Notes under the pieces: generated by a model
Database searches by the model: none
Told to the model about the DNA's origin: nothing
What the model saw: the letters and a program-made list of their open reading frames with translations, nothing else
Translations under genes and position numbers: made by a program
Shown: positions 1-8,112 of the stretch, in pieces
Position numbering within the stretch: the first letter of the stretch is position 1
Layout: every line of letters begins with the position of its first letter
Source of the DNA: Synechococcus sp. UW140
GTDB lineage: Bacteria > Cyanobacteriota > Cyanobacteriia > PCC-6307 > Cyanobiaceae
Length of the DNA stretch: 19,044 bases
Reading direction: 5' to 3'
Assembly (NCBI GenBank): GCA_945875915.1
Contig: CAMCMT010000046.1
Coordinates: 1-19,044 of the forward strand

Positions 1-423
1 AGCCAGGAGCTGGGCCGCACGCCAACGCTGGGGGAACTGGCCGAGGCGGTGGAGCTGCCTGAGGAGGAGGTGAAGGAGCTGCTGTGCCGGGCGCGCCAGC
101 CGGTGAGCCTGGAAACGAAGGTGGGCGACGGCGAAGATACGGAACTGCTCGATCTGCTGGCGTCCGAGGGAGGTGAACCTGGCGATCTGGTCGACGGCGA
201 ATGTCTGCGGGGCGATATGCGTGCCCTGTTGGAGCAGCTGCCAGAGCTGCAGGGGCGGGTGCTGAAGATGCGCTACGGGATCGATGTGGATGAACCGATG
301 AGTCTGAGCTCGATTTCCCGCGACTTAGGCATGAGCCGAGATCGCACCCGCAACTTGGAACGTTCTGCCCTCGAGGCGATCCGTAACAGTTCCAGCGATC
401 TTCAGGTTTACCTGGCCGGATGA
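1..423 (+). CDS. RNA polymerase sigma-70 family factor, C-terminal portion (5' end lies outside the window)
   Basis: Frame 1 is open from nt 1 (SQELGRTPTLGELAEAV...), upstream of the listed ORF at 49. Region 3-like PVSLETKVGDGEDTELLDLL and region 4-like LPELQGRVLKMRYGID...MSLSSISRDLGMSRDRTRNLERSALEAIR (HTH) are present. Region 4.2 is divergent from primary sigma factors, so this is an alternative sigma factor. Confidence 0.85.
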   Translation, partial: SQELGRTPTLGELAEAVELPEEEVKELLCRARQPVSLETKVGDGEDTELLDLLASEGGEPGDLVDGECLRGDMRALLEQLPELQGRVLKMRYGIDVDEPMSLSSISRDLGMSRDRTRNLERSALEAIRNSSSDLQVYLAG

Positions 424-469
424 ACAGTATTTGCGGTTGGCTCAGTGGGCTGACTATTTGGGAGCTCAC

Positions 470-877
470 TTAAAAGAATTCGTCGAAATTATCGAAGTCC
501 ACCGCCTTAAAGGTTCCCTTTTCGACCTGTTCCATCAGCCGCACCAGCTGGACCCAGAGGGCGCCGGTGGTGAGTATGGAGAGAAGGAATGACACCAGCA
601 GGGAGGTGCCGCTGGCAAAGCCAAAGACCTGCAAGAAGCTGCCGATGAACAGGCTGATGCCCAGCACAATGCCGATGGCGGGAGTCACCGTTTCGATCCG
701 GCTCAAGGGCAACAGGGCCAGCCGGTCCTGTTTCCAGCCCTCTAGGCGGTTTTCGATCACCTTGGCAAAGGTGAATCCGCAGGCGGCGGCAACGAGCAGG
801 CCGGCGAGGGCCACAAAGTAGGGAGGCTGGCCGTAGCCCACCAGCTCGAGCAAAAAGTCCTGGGAGGATTGATCCAT
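470..877 (-). CDS. Small integral membrane protein, function unknown
   Basis: ATG start at 877. About three hydrophobic helices (PPYFVALAGLLVAAACGFTF, VTPAIGIVLGISLFIGSFLQVFGF, LLVSFLLSILTTGALWVQLV) and an acidic C-terminus. It lies 47 nt downstream of the ABC1 kinase gene on the same strand, so co-transcription is likely. No family recognised. Confidence 0.6.
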   Translation of the reverse strand: MDQSSQDFLLELVGYGQPPYFVALAGLLVAAACGFTFAKVIENRLEGWKQDRLALLPLSRIETVTPAIGIVLGISLFIGSFLQVFGFASGTSLLVSFLLSILTTGALWVQLVRLMEQVEKGTFKAVDFDNFDEFF

Positions 878-924
878 GGGCTGGGAGCTTTCAGGGAGTA
901 AGAGCTAGACGTAAGGGGCAGACC

Positions 925-2625
925 CTAGATCGCGGCAGCGAGAGGGTTGAGCCTGGCCAGCAGGCCCCCAGCCAGTTTGCGCGGGGAGAAGGTGCGGCCC
1001 ATTAGGGCGACCAGGGCGCGCAAATCATCGGTGTGGAGATGGTCGTTCTCCACCAGGGTGAGTAGCAGCCGTTGGCGCAGGCTGCTGCCTTCCGGCCCCA
1101 GCAGCAGCTTGATGCCTGCCCCTGCCACCGGCAGCAGATCCGGGCTGGAGTCGTCCTTGCCGACTACCGCCAAGAGGTTTTCAAGCCGTTCAATTTGGAG
1201 CCGGCCGTTGCGATCGAACAGCACATCCAGCAGCTTGTCGCGCATCTCGGCCGTGTCCCCCGCCAGCAACCGCCGGGCCACGTAGGGATAGGCGACACCG
1301 ATGATGCGGAAGCTTGGATCGAGCCGCAGGGCCAAGCCCTCCTGGCTCACCACGGCCCGGATGATCAGGGCAAAGCGGGCCGGCACCCGGAAGGGATAGG
1401 CATACATCAACTCGGAGAAGCGATCGGTGATCGCCTTGAAGTTGAAGGAGCCGACGCTGTCACCCAGGGCGCCGCCCAGCACCTGCTCCAGGGCTGGAAT
1501 GATGGCCTTCAGATCGGTTTTTGGATTTAAAAAGCCGAGGGCCACGAAGTCCTGGGCTAGCCCGGCGAAATCCCGGTTGATCAGGTGCACGACCGCCCCG
1601 GTGAGGGTGAGCCGGTCGAAGTCGTTGATGGAATCCATCATGCCGAAATCCACGTAGGCCAGGTGGCCCAGGGCCCCGGTTTTGCCTGGCAGGGCAAACA
1701 GGTTGCCCGGATGGGGATCGGCATGGAAATAGCCAAATTCGAGCAGTTGCTGCAGGCCGGCGATCACGCCGGTGCGGATTAGGGAGCTGGGATCGAGCCG
1801 TTGGGCCAGCAGCTCCTGCCGGTTCTGCAGCTTGGTGCCGTTGATCCAGGTGGTGGTCAACACCCGCCGGGCCGAGAGCAGCCGATCGACCCGGGGCACG
1901 ATCACCGCCGGGTTATCGGCAAACAGGGCCGCAAACCGCTCGGCGTTGGCCGCCTCCTGGCGGTAGTCGATTTCCTCGAACAGGCTGCGGCCGAATTCGT
2001 CGATGATCTCGCCCAGGCCAAAGCCCAGGTTCAAGGGCAGCAATGGCGCCGTGGTCACCGCCAGCAGGCGGATGATCACCAGGTCCCGGCGCAGGATCCG
2101 CTCCAGGTCGGGCCTTTGCACCTTCACGGCCACCCAGGTGCCGCCGTACGGGCGGGCCCGATAGACCTGGCCCAGGCTGGCGGCCGCCATCGGCGCCGTG
2201 GGGAAGTCCTCAAATAGCTGCTCGACCGGGGCGCCTAACTCAGCCTCGATCGTGGCCAGGGCAATGCGGTGGTCGAAGGGGGGCAGGTTGTCCTGCAGCT
2301 GGGTGAGCTGGTCGAGCCAGTCGCGCCTTACCAGGTCGGGCCGGGTCGAGAGGGCCTGGCCCACCTTGATGAAGCAGGGCCCCAGGTTGGTCAGGGTGGT
2401 GAGGATGCGCTTGCCCAGGCGCTGCTGCTCGGCTGGATCGCTGCTGTTGCCGCGCAAGGCCAATACCACCGCCAAGGCGAGCAGCTGCCAGCTGATCGAG
2501 ATCAGCCGGCCCACCAACACCCAGGGCTGGAGCAATAGGGCGCGCAGGTCGGCGGCCGGGTCATAGACGACCTGGGCGCCAGGGCCGCCGGGGCCACCGC
2601 TGGCATCGGCGCGGGGGGTGGGCAC
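925..2625 (-). CDS. ABC1/UbiB (AarF) family atypical protein kinase
   Basis: Hallmark motifs read in the translation: AAASLGQVYRA, VAVKVQRPDL, FHADPHPGNLF, YVDFGMM. The 566-aa length is typical of the family. The start codon at 2625 is GTG, so the exact start is uncertain. Confidence 0.9.
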   Translation of the reverse strand: MPTPRADASGGPGGPGAQVVYDPAADLRALLLQPWVLVGRLISISWQLLALAVVLALRGNSSDPAEQQRLGKRILTTLTNLGPCFIKVGQALSTRPDLVRRDWLDQLTQLQDNLPPFDHRIALATIEAELGAPVEQLFEDFPTAPMAAASLGQVYRARPYGGTWVAVKVQRPDLERILRRDLVIIRLLAVTTAPLLPLNLGFGLGEIIDEFGRSLFEEIDYRQEAANAERFAALFADNPAVIVPRVDRLLSARRVLTTTWINGTKLQNRQELLAQRLDPSSLIRTGVIAGLQQLLEFGYFHADPHPGNLFALPGKTGALGHLAYVDFGMMDSINDFDRLTLTGAVVHLINRDFAGLAQDFVALGFLNPKTDLKAIIPALEQVLGGALGDSVGSFNFKAITDRFSELMYAYPFRVPARFALIIRAVVSQEGLALRLDPSFRIIGVAYPYVARRLLAGDTAEMRDKLLDVLFDRNGRLQIERLENLLAVVGKDDSSPDLLPVAGAGIKLLLGPEGSSLRQRLLLTLVENDHLHTDDLRALVALMGRTFSPRKLAGGLLARLNPLAAAI

Positions 2626-2779
2626 GGCGATGGGGCGGGCGATCGGGTCCAGACTCTAGAAAGACTGAGCCGGGTTCCATGGATCTGCCCAAGGAACACC
2701 GGTAGGCCTGCAGACTGAGGAAACCAAGGATCTCAAACTCTCGTGTCTGGAGATCGAAGCGATCCACGCGCCCAGACCG
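2626..2779. promoter_or_regulatory. Divergent intergenic region expected to hold promoters for the ABC1 kinase operon (-) and the exporter gene train (+)
   Basis: The only substantial non-coding gap (154 nt) between divergently oriented genes. I could not pick out convincing -10/-35 hexamers by eye. Confidence 0.3.
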
Positions 2780-3544
2780 TTGGCCGCCTGGCAACCTGAG
2801 CACGGGCGAAGCGGTCGACTGGTGAACAACTCTTTTGCCCCTGCGGCAACCTCCATACCCCTGGAAACACTGCAGGCCTTCGGGTTGGCTGGCAAAGTCC
2901 AGCAAGAGCACCAGCGCCAGCGCTGGTTGTCGGCCTTGCCTGAGGCTCAAGATCCGTTGCCCGAACTCGAGCTGGGCCGGCAGGTGCAGGCTTACCTGGC
3001 CGACCTGGGTCTTCAGGGTCAAACGGTCGTTCAGCAATGGATGGAGCAGGAGGGTCTTGGCCAGGCCGAGCTGGCCCTGCGGGCTCGGCGGCATCAGCTC
3101 TGGCTTCAGGTCTGTGAGCAGCAGGTTGGTAACAAGCTGGCGAGCTATTTCCTGCAGCGCAAGAGCAATCTCGATGAGGTCATCTACACCATGTTGCCTG
3201 TAGCTGAGCTGGATCTGTGCTCGGAATTTTACATGCAACTCAAGGAAGGCGAGATCAGCTTTCAATCGCTTCTGCAGCAGCTGCCCCCCCAGCCCGAACT
3301 GGGCCCCCGTGGCCAGCAGGGTCCGATAGCCCTTGCAGAACTGCCGGATGGATTGGCCCAGCTGCTTCGGGTTAGCCAGCCAGGGCAGTTGTGGCCCCCA
3401 AAACCCTTCCAAAAAGGCTGGATCCTTGTGCGGCTCGACCAAAGTAGGCCCGCGGTGCTAGATCAACAATTACGGCGCCGGCTACTTCTTGAGCTAGGCC
3501 AACAATTACTCAATCAAGAAGCCGCCCTAGCCAAACCGCAATAG
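2780..3544 (+). CDS. Parvulin (PpiC)-like peptidyl-prolyl isomerase domain protein, cyanobacterial type associated with HlyB/HlyD-like exporters
   Basis: The C-terminal half matches the pattern I recall for this family: YFLQRKSNLDEVIYTML...EFYMQLKEGEISFQSLL...GPIALAELPDGLAQLLRVSQPGQLWPPKPFQKGWILVRLDQSRPAVLDQQLRRRLLLELGQQLL. There is no in-frame ATG near the 5' end. The listed start is TTG at 2780 and a GTG lies at 2822, so the start is uncertain. The 293-aa antisense ORF (2561-3442) looks like a high-GC shadow. Confidence 0.65.
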   Translation: MAAWQPEHGRSGRLVNNSFAPAATSIPLETLQAFGLAGKVQQEHQRQRWLSALPEAQDPLPELELGRQVQAYLADLGLQGQTVVQQWMEQEGLGQAELALRARRHQLWLQVCEQQVGNKLASYFLQRKSNLDEVIYTMLPVAELDLCSEFYMQLKEGEISFQSLLQQLPPQPELGPRGQQGPIALAELPDGLAQLLRVSQPGQLWPPKPFQKGWILVRLDQSRPAVLDQQLRRRLLLELGQQLLNQEAALAKPQ

Positions 3545-3582
3545 TGCAGTTAAACTGAATAATATGTGCAAAACGCGCAGAC

Positions 3583-6500
3583 GTGCCTCCTCTTCAACTT
3601 ACCTTGGCCCTTCGGGTTTTGAGGGCTTGGGCACCGTTTTCTGGATTGCCAGAAGCAACTCAGGCTTGTCTGGCTGATGCATTGCAGGCCTTGAAGCTGC
3701 GCCCTGGCCAGAAGCTTTACGACTACACCGCCCTGCCCCCAGGTGTTGCCCTAGTGGCCCAGGGGCAGCTGCGCCTGTTGAGCCTGGATGAACGCAATGA
3801 GCCGTTCACCCTGCAGCGGCTCGGCCCCGGCGACATGGTGGGCCAGGTAGGTCTGCTGCGTGGCGTCACTGGACAGGCGGTTGCCGCGGCGCTGCCGAGC
3901 CAGCTCTGGCTGATCCCCCAGCAGGCCTTTTTTGAGGCGGTGGCAGCCGATGAGGGGCTGCAACGAGCCATAGCCCAGCCCAACCTCGAGGAGCTCTATG
4001 CGGTGGCGGCGGCAAGCCCATCGCCCCGCACACCGGAACGCCTGGTCCTGCGCGACTGGGCCAGCAACCAGCTCACCGAGTCGGCCGACAGCCAACAAGT
4101 GCTGCTGGTCCCGCCAGGAGAGCACAGTTTTGGCGCCGACTGGGGCCCTTGGCTGCTCAGTAGCAGCAATGTCGGCGGTTGGTCACCGGGCGATGAGCTG
4201 CTGGGCCCGCTCAAGCTGATTGTGCGCGGAAAGTTGCCGGCGCGTCTGATCGCCAAGCAGGCCGTTACCCCACCAAGGGCCCGTCCGCCGGCTCTGGTGG
4301 TGGCCCCCGAGGCTGGAGCCCATGAAGCCCAACCCGCCGAAGCCGAGCTACTTGAGCCCGACTGGCAGGAGAGCTCAACCGCGATCGTGGCGATCGAGCA
4401 GCAGCAGCAGGCGCTCGAAGACTGGTACGGCCGACTGGGCGACGACGGCAGCTATCCCCATCTGGGCGGCGAGGGTCCGGTCGAGGTGCCGCTGGCCTGC
4501 CTGCGCATGCTGGCGCGGCAGTTTGATTTGCCGTTTCGGCGCGATGTGCTGCGCCGCATCCTCGAAGACCAGCTCGCCCGCGACAACGCAGACCAGGGCA
4601 TCAGCCTGTTGCAGCTGGCGGTGATCGCCGATCTGATGGGGTTGAGGGCCTCGCCGTTGCAGGTCAACGACGCCCAGCTCAAGCGTCTGCCGCTGCCGGC
4701 GCTCACCCTGGGGCCCAGCGGTCCGGTCGTGATCTGGTCGATCGATCAGAGCAACCAGCTGCTCCTGGGTGATCCGGTGGCCGGCCAGGGGCTGGTGGCC
4801 GCCGGCAGCCTGCCGGGCTGGAACGACGACGGGTTGCTCGACGTGCTGTGCGTCGAGCGCAGCGCCCGCACGCCCAAGAAGCGCTTTGGTCTGGCCTGGT
4901 TCCTACCGGCGCTGCAGCAGCACAAGGCGGTGCTGGTGCAGGTGCTGGTGGCGAGCTTCTTTGTTCAGCTGTTTGGCCTGCTGAACCCGCTGCTGATCCA
5001 GCAGATCATCGACGCGGTGATCAGCCAGGGCAACATCAGCACCCTCAACGTGCTGGGCACCCTGCTTGTGGGCATGGCCCTGGCCCAGGGGGTGCTGGCT
5101 TCGCTGCGCACCTACCTGTTCTCGGATACCACAAACCGGATCGATATCACCCTGGGGGCGACGATCATCGACCACCTGCTGCGGCTGCCGCTCGGCTACT
5201 TCGCTGATCGGCCCGTGGGCGAGGTGAGCAGCCGCATCAACGAACTGGAGAAGATCCGCCGTTTCCTGACAGGCACGGCACTCACGGTCATTCTCGATGC
5301 CGTGTTCGCGGTGATGTACATCGCCGTGATGTTGCTGTATTCGGTTCAGCTCACCTTCTGGGCCTTGGCGGTTGTGCCGTTCTTCGTTGGGGTGACGCTG
5401 CTGAGTGCGCCGCTGATCCGCAAGCAGCTGCGCGAGCAGGCCGAAGCCAATGCCCGCGTGCAGAGCCATCTGGTGGAAACGCTCGGCGGCATGGAAACGG
5501 TCAAGGGCCAGAGCATGGAGCTGCACAGCCGCTGGCGCTGGCAACAGCTCTATGGCACCCAGATCCAGTCGGGCTTCCGCAATGTGATCACCAGCACGGC
5601 GGCGGGTTCGGCCAGCCAGTTTCTCGAGCAGCTCTCGGGTCTGCTGGTGCTGTGGGTGGGGGCCTCACTGGTGCTCAAGGGGGAGCTGACCCTGGGCCAG
5701 CTGATCGCGTTTCGCATCCTGTCGAGCTATGTCACCAACCCGCTGCTGCGGCTTGCCAACCTTTGGCAGAACTTCCAGGAAACGGCCCTGTCGCTCGAAC
5801 GCCTGGCCGACATCGTCGACCATCCTGAAGAGCTCGAGATCATGGGCGAGCAGAAGCCGCCGATCCCGCCGATCGTGGGCGAGGTCGAGTACAGGGGCGT
5901 GAGCTTCCGCTTCGGCAGCCAGGGCGGCCTGCAACTCAGCAACGTGTCCTTCAAGGTTCCGGAGGGATCCTTTGTGGGTGTGGTGGGCAGCAGCGGCTCG
6001 GGCAAGAGCACCCTGCTGAAGCTCATCACCCGCCTGTATGAGCCGCTAGAAGGGGTGATCCGCATCGATGGAAACGACGTCACCAAGGTCGACCTCTACT
6101 CCCTGCGGGCCCAGATCGGCGTGGTGCCGCAGGACAGCCTGCTGTTTGACGGCTCAATCCTCTCCAATATCTCCCTGACCCGCCCTGATGCCAGCTTCGA
6201 GGAGGTCTGCCAGGCAGCCCAGATCGCCTGCGCCCACGATTTCATCCAGTCGATGCCGGGGGGCTACACCAGCTCAGTGGGTGAGCGTGGTGCAGGGTTG
6301 AGCGGTGGCCAGCGCCAGCGCCTGGCGATCGCCCGCATGATCCTGCGCAAGCCGCGCCTGTTGGTGCTGGATGAGGCGACCAGCGCTCTTGATGTGGACA
6401 CCGAGCGGCGCATGACCGCCAATCTGATGCAGGCCTACAGTCGGCAGACGGTGTTCTTCATCACCCATCGACTTGCTTCGCTGCGCCATGCCGACATGAT

Positions 6501-6606
6501 CCTGGTAATGGATCAGGGTGTTCTGGTCGAAAGTGGCAGCCACAATGAGCTGATGCAGCTCGATGGGCGCTACGCCACGCTCTACCACCAGCAGGAGGTT
6601 GGCTAA
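3583..6606 (+). CDS. Type I secretion-type ABC exporter with N-terminal cyclic-nucleotide-binding domain, degenerate C39 peptidase-like domain, 6-TM domain and ATPase domain
   Basis: cNMP-binding fold signature at aa ~35-120 (LRPGQKLYDY...GPGDMVGQVGLL...A.AALPSQLWLIPQQAF). C39-like region at aa ~295-428. ABC membrane domain at aa ~440-720. Walker A GSSGSGKST (~5985-6011), signature LSGGQRQRLAIAR, Walker B LLVLDEATSALD, H-loop FFITHRL. GTG start at 3583. Confidence 0.95.
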   Translation: MPPLQLTLALRVLRAWAPFSGLPEATQACLADALQALKLRPGQKLYDYTALPPGVALVAQGQLRLLSLDERNEPFTLQRLGPGDMVGQVGLLRGVTGQAVAAALPSQLWLIPQQAFFEAVAADEGLQRAIAQPNLEELYAVAAASPSPRTPERLVLRDWASNQLTESADSQQVLLVPPGEHSFGADWGPWLLSSSNVGGWSPGDELLGPLKLIVRGKLPARLIAKQAVTPPRARPPALVVAPEAGAHEAQPAEAELLEPDWQESSTAIVAIEQQQQALEDWYGRLGDDGSYPHLGGEGPVEVPLACLRMLARQFDLPFRRDVLRRILEDQLARDNADQGISLLQLAVIADLMGLRASPLQVNDAQLKRLPLPALTLGPSGPVVIWSIDQSNQLLLGDPVAGQGLVAAGSLPGWNDDGLLDVLCVERSARTPKKRFGLAWFLPALQQHKAVLVQVLVASFFVQLFGLLNPLLIQQIIDAVISQGNISTLNVLGTLLVGMALAQGVLASLRTYLFSDTTNRIDITLGATIIDHLLRLPLGYFADRPVGEVSSRINELEKIRRFLTGTALTVILDAVFAVMYIAVMLLYSVQLTFWALAVVPFFVGVTLLSAPLIRKQLREQAEANARVQSHLVETLGGMETVKGQSMELHSRWRWQQLYGTQIQSGFRNVITSTAAGSASQFLEQLSGLLVLWVGASLVLKGELTLGQLIAFRILSSYVTNPLLRLANLWQNFQETALSLERLADIVDHPEELEIMGEQKPPIPPIVGEVEYRGVSFRFGSQGGLQLSNVSFKVPEGSFVGVVGSSGSGKSTLLKLITRLYEPLEGVIRIDGNDVTKVDLYSLRAQIGVVPQDSLLFDGSILSNISLTRPDASFEEVCQAAQIACAHDFIQSMPGGYTSSVGERGAGLSGGQRQRLAIARMILRKPRLLVLDEATSALDVDTERRMTANLMQAYSRQTVFFITHRLASLRHADMILVMDQGVLVESGSHNELMQLDGRYATLYHQQEVG

Positions 6607-6609
6607 GCA

Positions 6610-7758
6610 ATGGACAAGAAGCCAGCCAGTTCAGCGCTTGCCCTGCGAGGGGTGAACCCCCAGGAGGTACGCCTCAAACCGACACCAATCTGGAGCCAGG
6701 CGTTGATCTGGACGATCATCGGCACCGCATCGCTGGCCTTTGTGTATGCGATCTTCGCCAAGATTGACGAGGTGGTGCTCGCCCCCGGCGAACTGCAACC
6801 GCTAGGAGCCGAGCGGCCAATCAAGGCTCCTTTTGCCGGCGTGGTGAAGGGCATCTTGGTCAAGGAAGGTGAGCAGGTGGCAGTCAATCAATTGCTGCTG
6901 CGCCTTGATGCTGATGTCTCGGACAAGCGGGCCGAGACCCTTATATCTAAGATCAAGCTAGAGCGCACGCGCTTTGATGAAGAGAGCAATTCGATTGCGG
7001 CCCGCGCCGAAAGCCTCAATGAGCGCACGGATGGCCTGATGCGCTCCCAGCGCATGGAAAAGCAGATCTATAGCCAGATCGCGCCGCTGGCCTCCCAGGG
7101 CGGCATTCAGAAGGTGCAATTGCTGCAGCAGCAAAACCGGGTGGAGCAGCTGCAATCGGAGATCGCCCAGTCGCGGGCCAACCTGCAGGAGGTGCAGGCC
7201 CAGCTGCTCAAGCTGAAGCAGGAATCCCTGCGCGAGCTGGCCGATCTGGATCGCCAGCTGGCCGAGGTGCGCGACACCCAAGCCAAGGAGGAGCTGCGAG
7301 CTCCGCTTTCGGGAGTGGTGTACGAGCTCGTGCCCTCCAGCCCCGGCTACGCGGCCAGTGCCGGCGAAACCCTGGTCAAGGTGGTGCCTGGGGGGGTGCT
7401 GGAAGCCAAGGTGTTCCTTACCAATCGCGACGTGGGCTTCGTCAAAACGGGGATGCCGGCCCAGATCCGCGTCGACACCTTCCCATTCACCCAATTCGGC
7501 GCCATTTCAGGCTCACTCAAGGCCGTTGGCACCCTGCCACTGCCACCCGATGAGCAGAACCCCCAACCGCGCTTTCCTGCCTATGTGCGCCTGGATCGCG
7601 ACTACCTCAGCCGCGGCTCGCAACGGTTCCCGGTGAGTTCGGGCCAGAGCGTGCAAGTGAATCTAATTTTGCGGGAGAAGCGGGTGATTACTCTGCTCAC
7701 CGATGCGACCGAAAAGATGTTCGATTCCCTAAGGCGCATCCGCACCACTGCGGAGTGA
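6610..7758 (+). CDS. HlyD-family membrane fusion (periplasmic adaptor) protein of a type I secretion system
   Basis: ATG 4 nt after the exporter stop codon. N-terminal anchor WSQALIWTIIGTASLAFVYAIFA. Lipoyl-like hairpin motifs (GELQPLG...IKAPFAGVVKGILVKEGEQV and LRAPLSGVVYEL). Long coiled-coil region (aa ~110-235). C-terminal beta-barrel-like region. Confidence 0.9.
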   Translation: MDKKPASSALALRGVNPQEVRLKPTPIWSQALIWTIIGTASLAFVYAIFAKIDEVVLAPGELQPLGAERPIKAPFAGVVKGILVKEGEQVAVNQLLLRLDADVSDKRAETLISKIKLERTRFDEESNSIAARAESLNERTDGLMRSQRMEKQIYSQIAPLASQGGIQKVQLLQQQNRVEQLQSEIAQSRANLQEVQAQLLKLKQESLRELADLDRQLAEVRDTQAKEELRAPLSGVVYELVPSSPGYAASAGETLVKVVPGGVLEAKVFLTNRDVGFVKTGMPAQIRVDTFPFTQFGAISGSLKAVGTLPLPPDEQNPQPRFPAYVRLDRDYLSRGSQRFPVSSGQSVQVNLILREKRVITLLTDATEKMFDSLRRIRTTAE

Positions 7759-7773
7759 AGTCAACCTCTCACC

Positions 7774-8079
7774 ATGAACCTTCCAACCAACGAGCCCGAC
7801 ACCAGAGACGACCAAGCCCAGCTGGAATCCTTCATCAGCTGGTTTCGACAGCTCGATGGACCCGATCAGCTGGAGCTGATGCGTCTCGTTTACAACGAAC
7901 ACAAGGTCCGCGACGTGGTTCGCACCTTCTCGGGCATGCCGATGGAACAGCGCCAGGCCGTGTTCCAACGCCTCGGCCTGCCCAACGAGATGCTCAGCCG
8001 CATCCCGCCGCCGAGCTCCGATCAGATCGGGGATGTGGAGGTCGAATGGAAGGAATGGGACAGCGGCAAGGCGCGCTGA
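7774..8079 (+). CDS. Hypothetical small acidic protein (101 aa), no signal peptide or TM segment
   Basis: ATG 16 nt after the HlyD stop and 33 nt before the MotA-like gene. Its codon style matches its neighbours. The overlapping antisense ORF (7729-8304) has an Arg/Gly/Pro-rich shadow-like composition. No family recognised. Confidence 0.5.
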   Translation: MNLPTNEPDTRDDQAQLESFISWFRQLDGPDQLELMRLVYNEHKVRDVVRTFSGMPMEQRQAVFQRLGLPNEMLSRIPPPSSDQIGDVEVEWKEWDSGKAR

Positions 8080-8112
8080 TTTCACCCTGAACACCCCTTT
8101 GCGCGCACCGTT

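Noticed and set aside
2662-2719. Direct 8-mer repeat AGACTGAG (2662-2669 and 2712-2719) and repeated CCAAGGA in the divergent intergenic region, as a possible operator
   Set aside because: The repeats are short and unsupported by dyad symmetry or spacing logic. This is within chance expectation for a 154-nt region.
2561-3442. 293-aa minus-strand ORF overlapping the parvulin-like gene
   Set aside because: Its composition is Arg/Pro/Gly/Leu-rich with no recognisable motif, whereas the plus-strand frame carries a recognisable parvulin-like pattern. This is a typical antisense shadow ORF in high-GC DNA.
3560-3565. TAATAT in the AT-rich spacer before the exporter gene as a -10 promoter element
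   Set aside because: It lies only 17 nt upstream of the GTG start, with no convincing -35 element. The 38-nt gap is equally compatible with co-transcription from upstream.
6324-6333. HIP1-type palindrome GGCGATCGCC (also GCGATCGC at 14891-14898) as a cyanobacterial marker or enriched repeat
   Set aside because: I found only two perfect octamers in 19 kb. A rough composition-based expectation is about 0.7, so there is no clear enrichment. It is at best a weak taxonomic hint.
7774-8079. Small ORF as a Nif11-like or double-glycine leader peptide exported by the adjacent ABC transporter
   Set aside because: There is no GG/GA cleavage motif and no Cys/Ser/Thr-rich core. The exporter's C39-like domain also appears catalytically dead, so a leader-cleaving bacteriocin pathway is unlikely.
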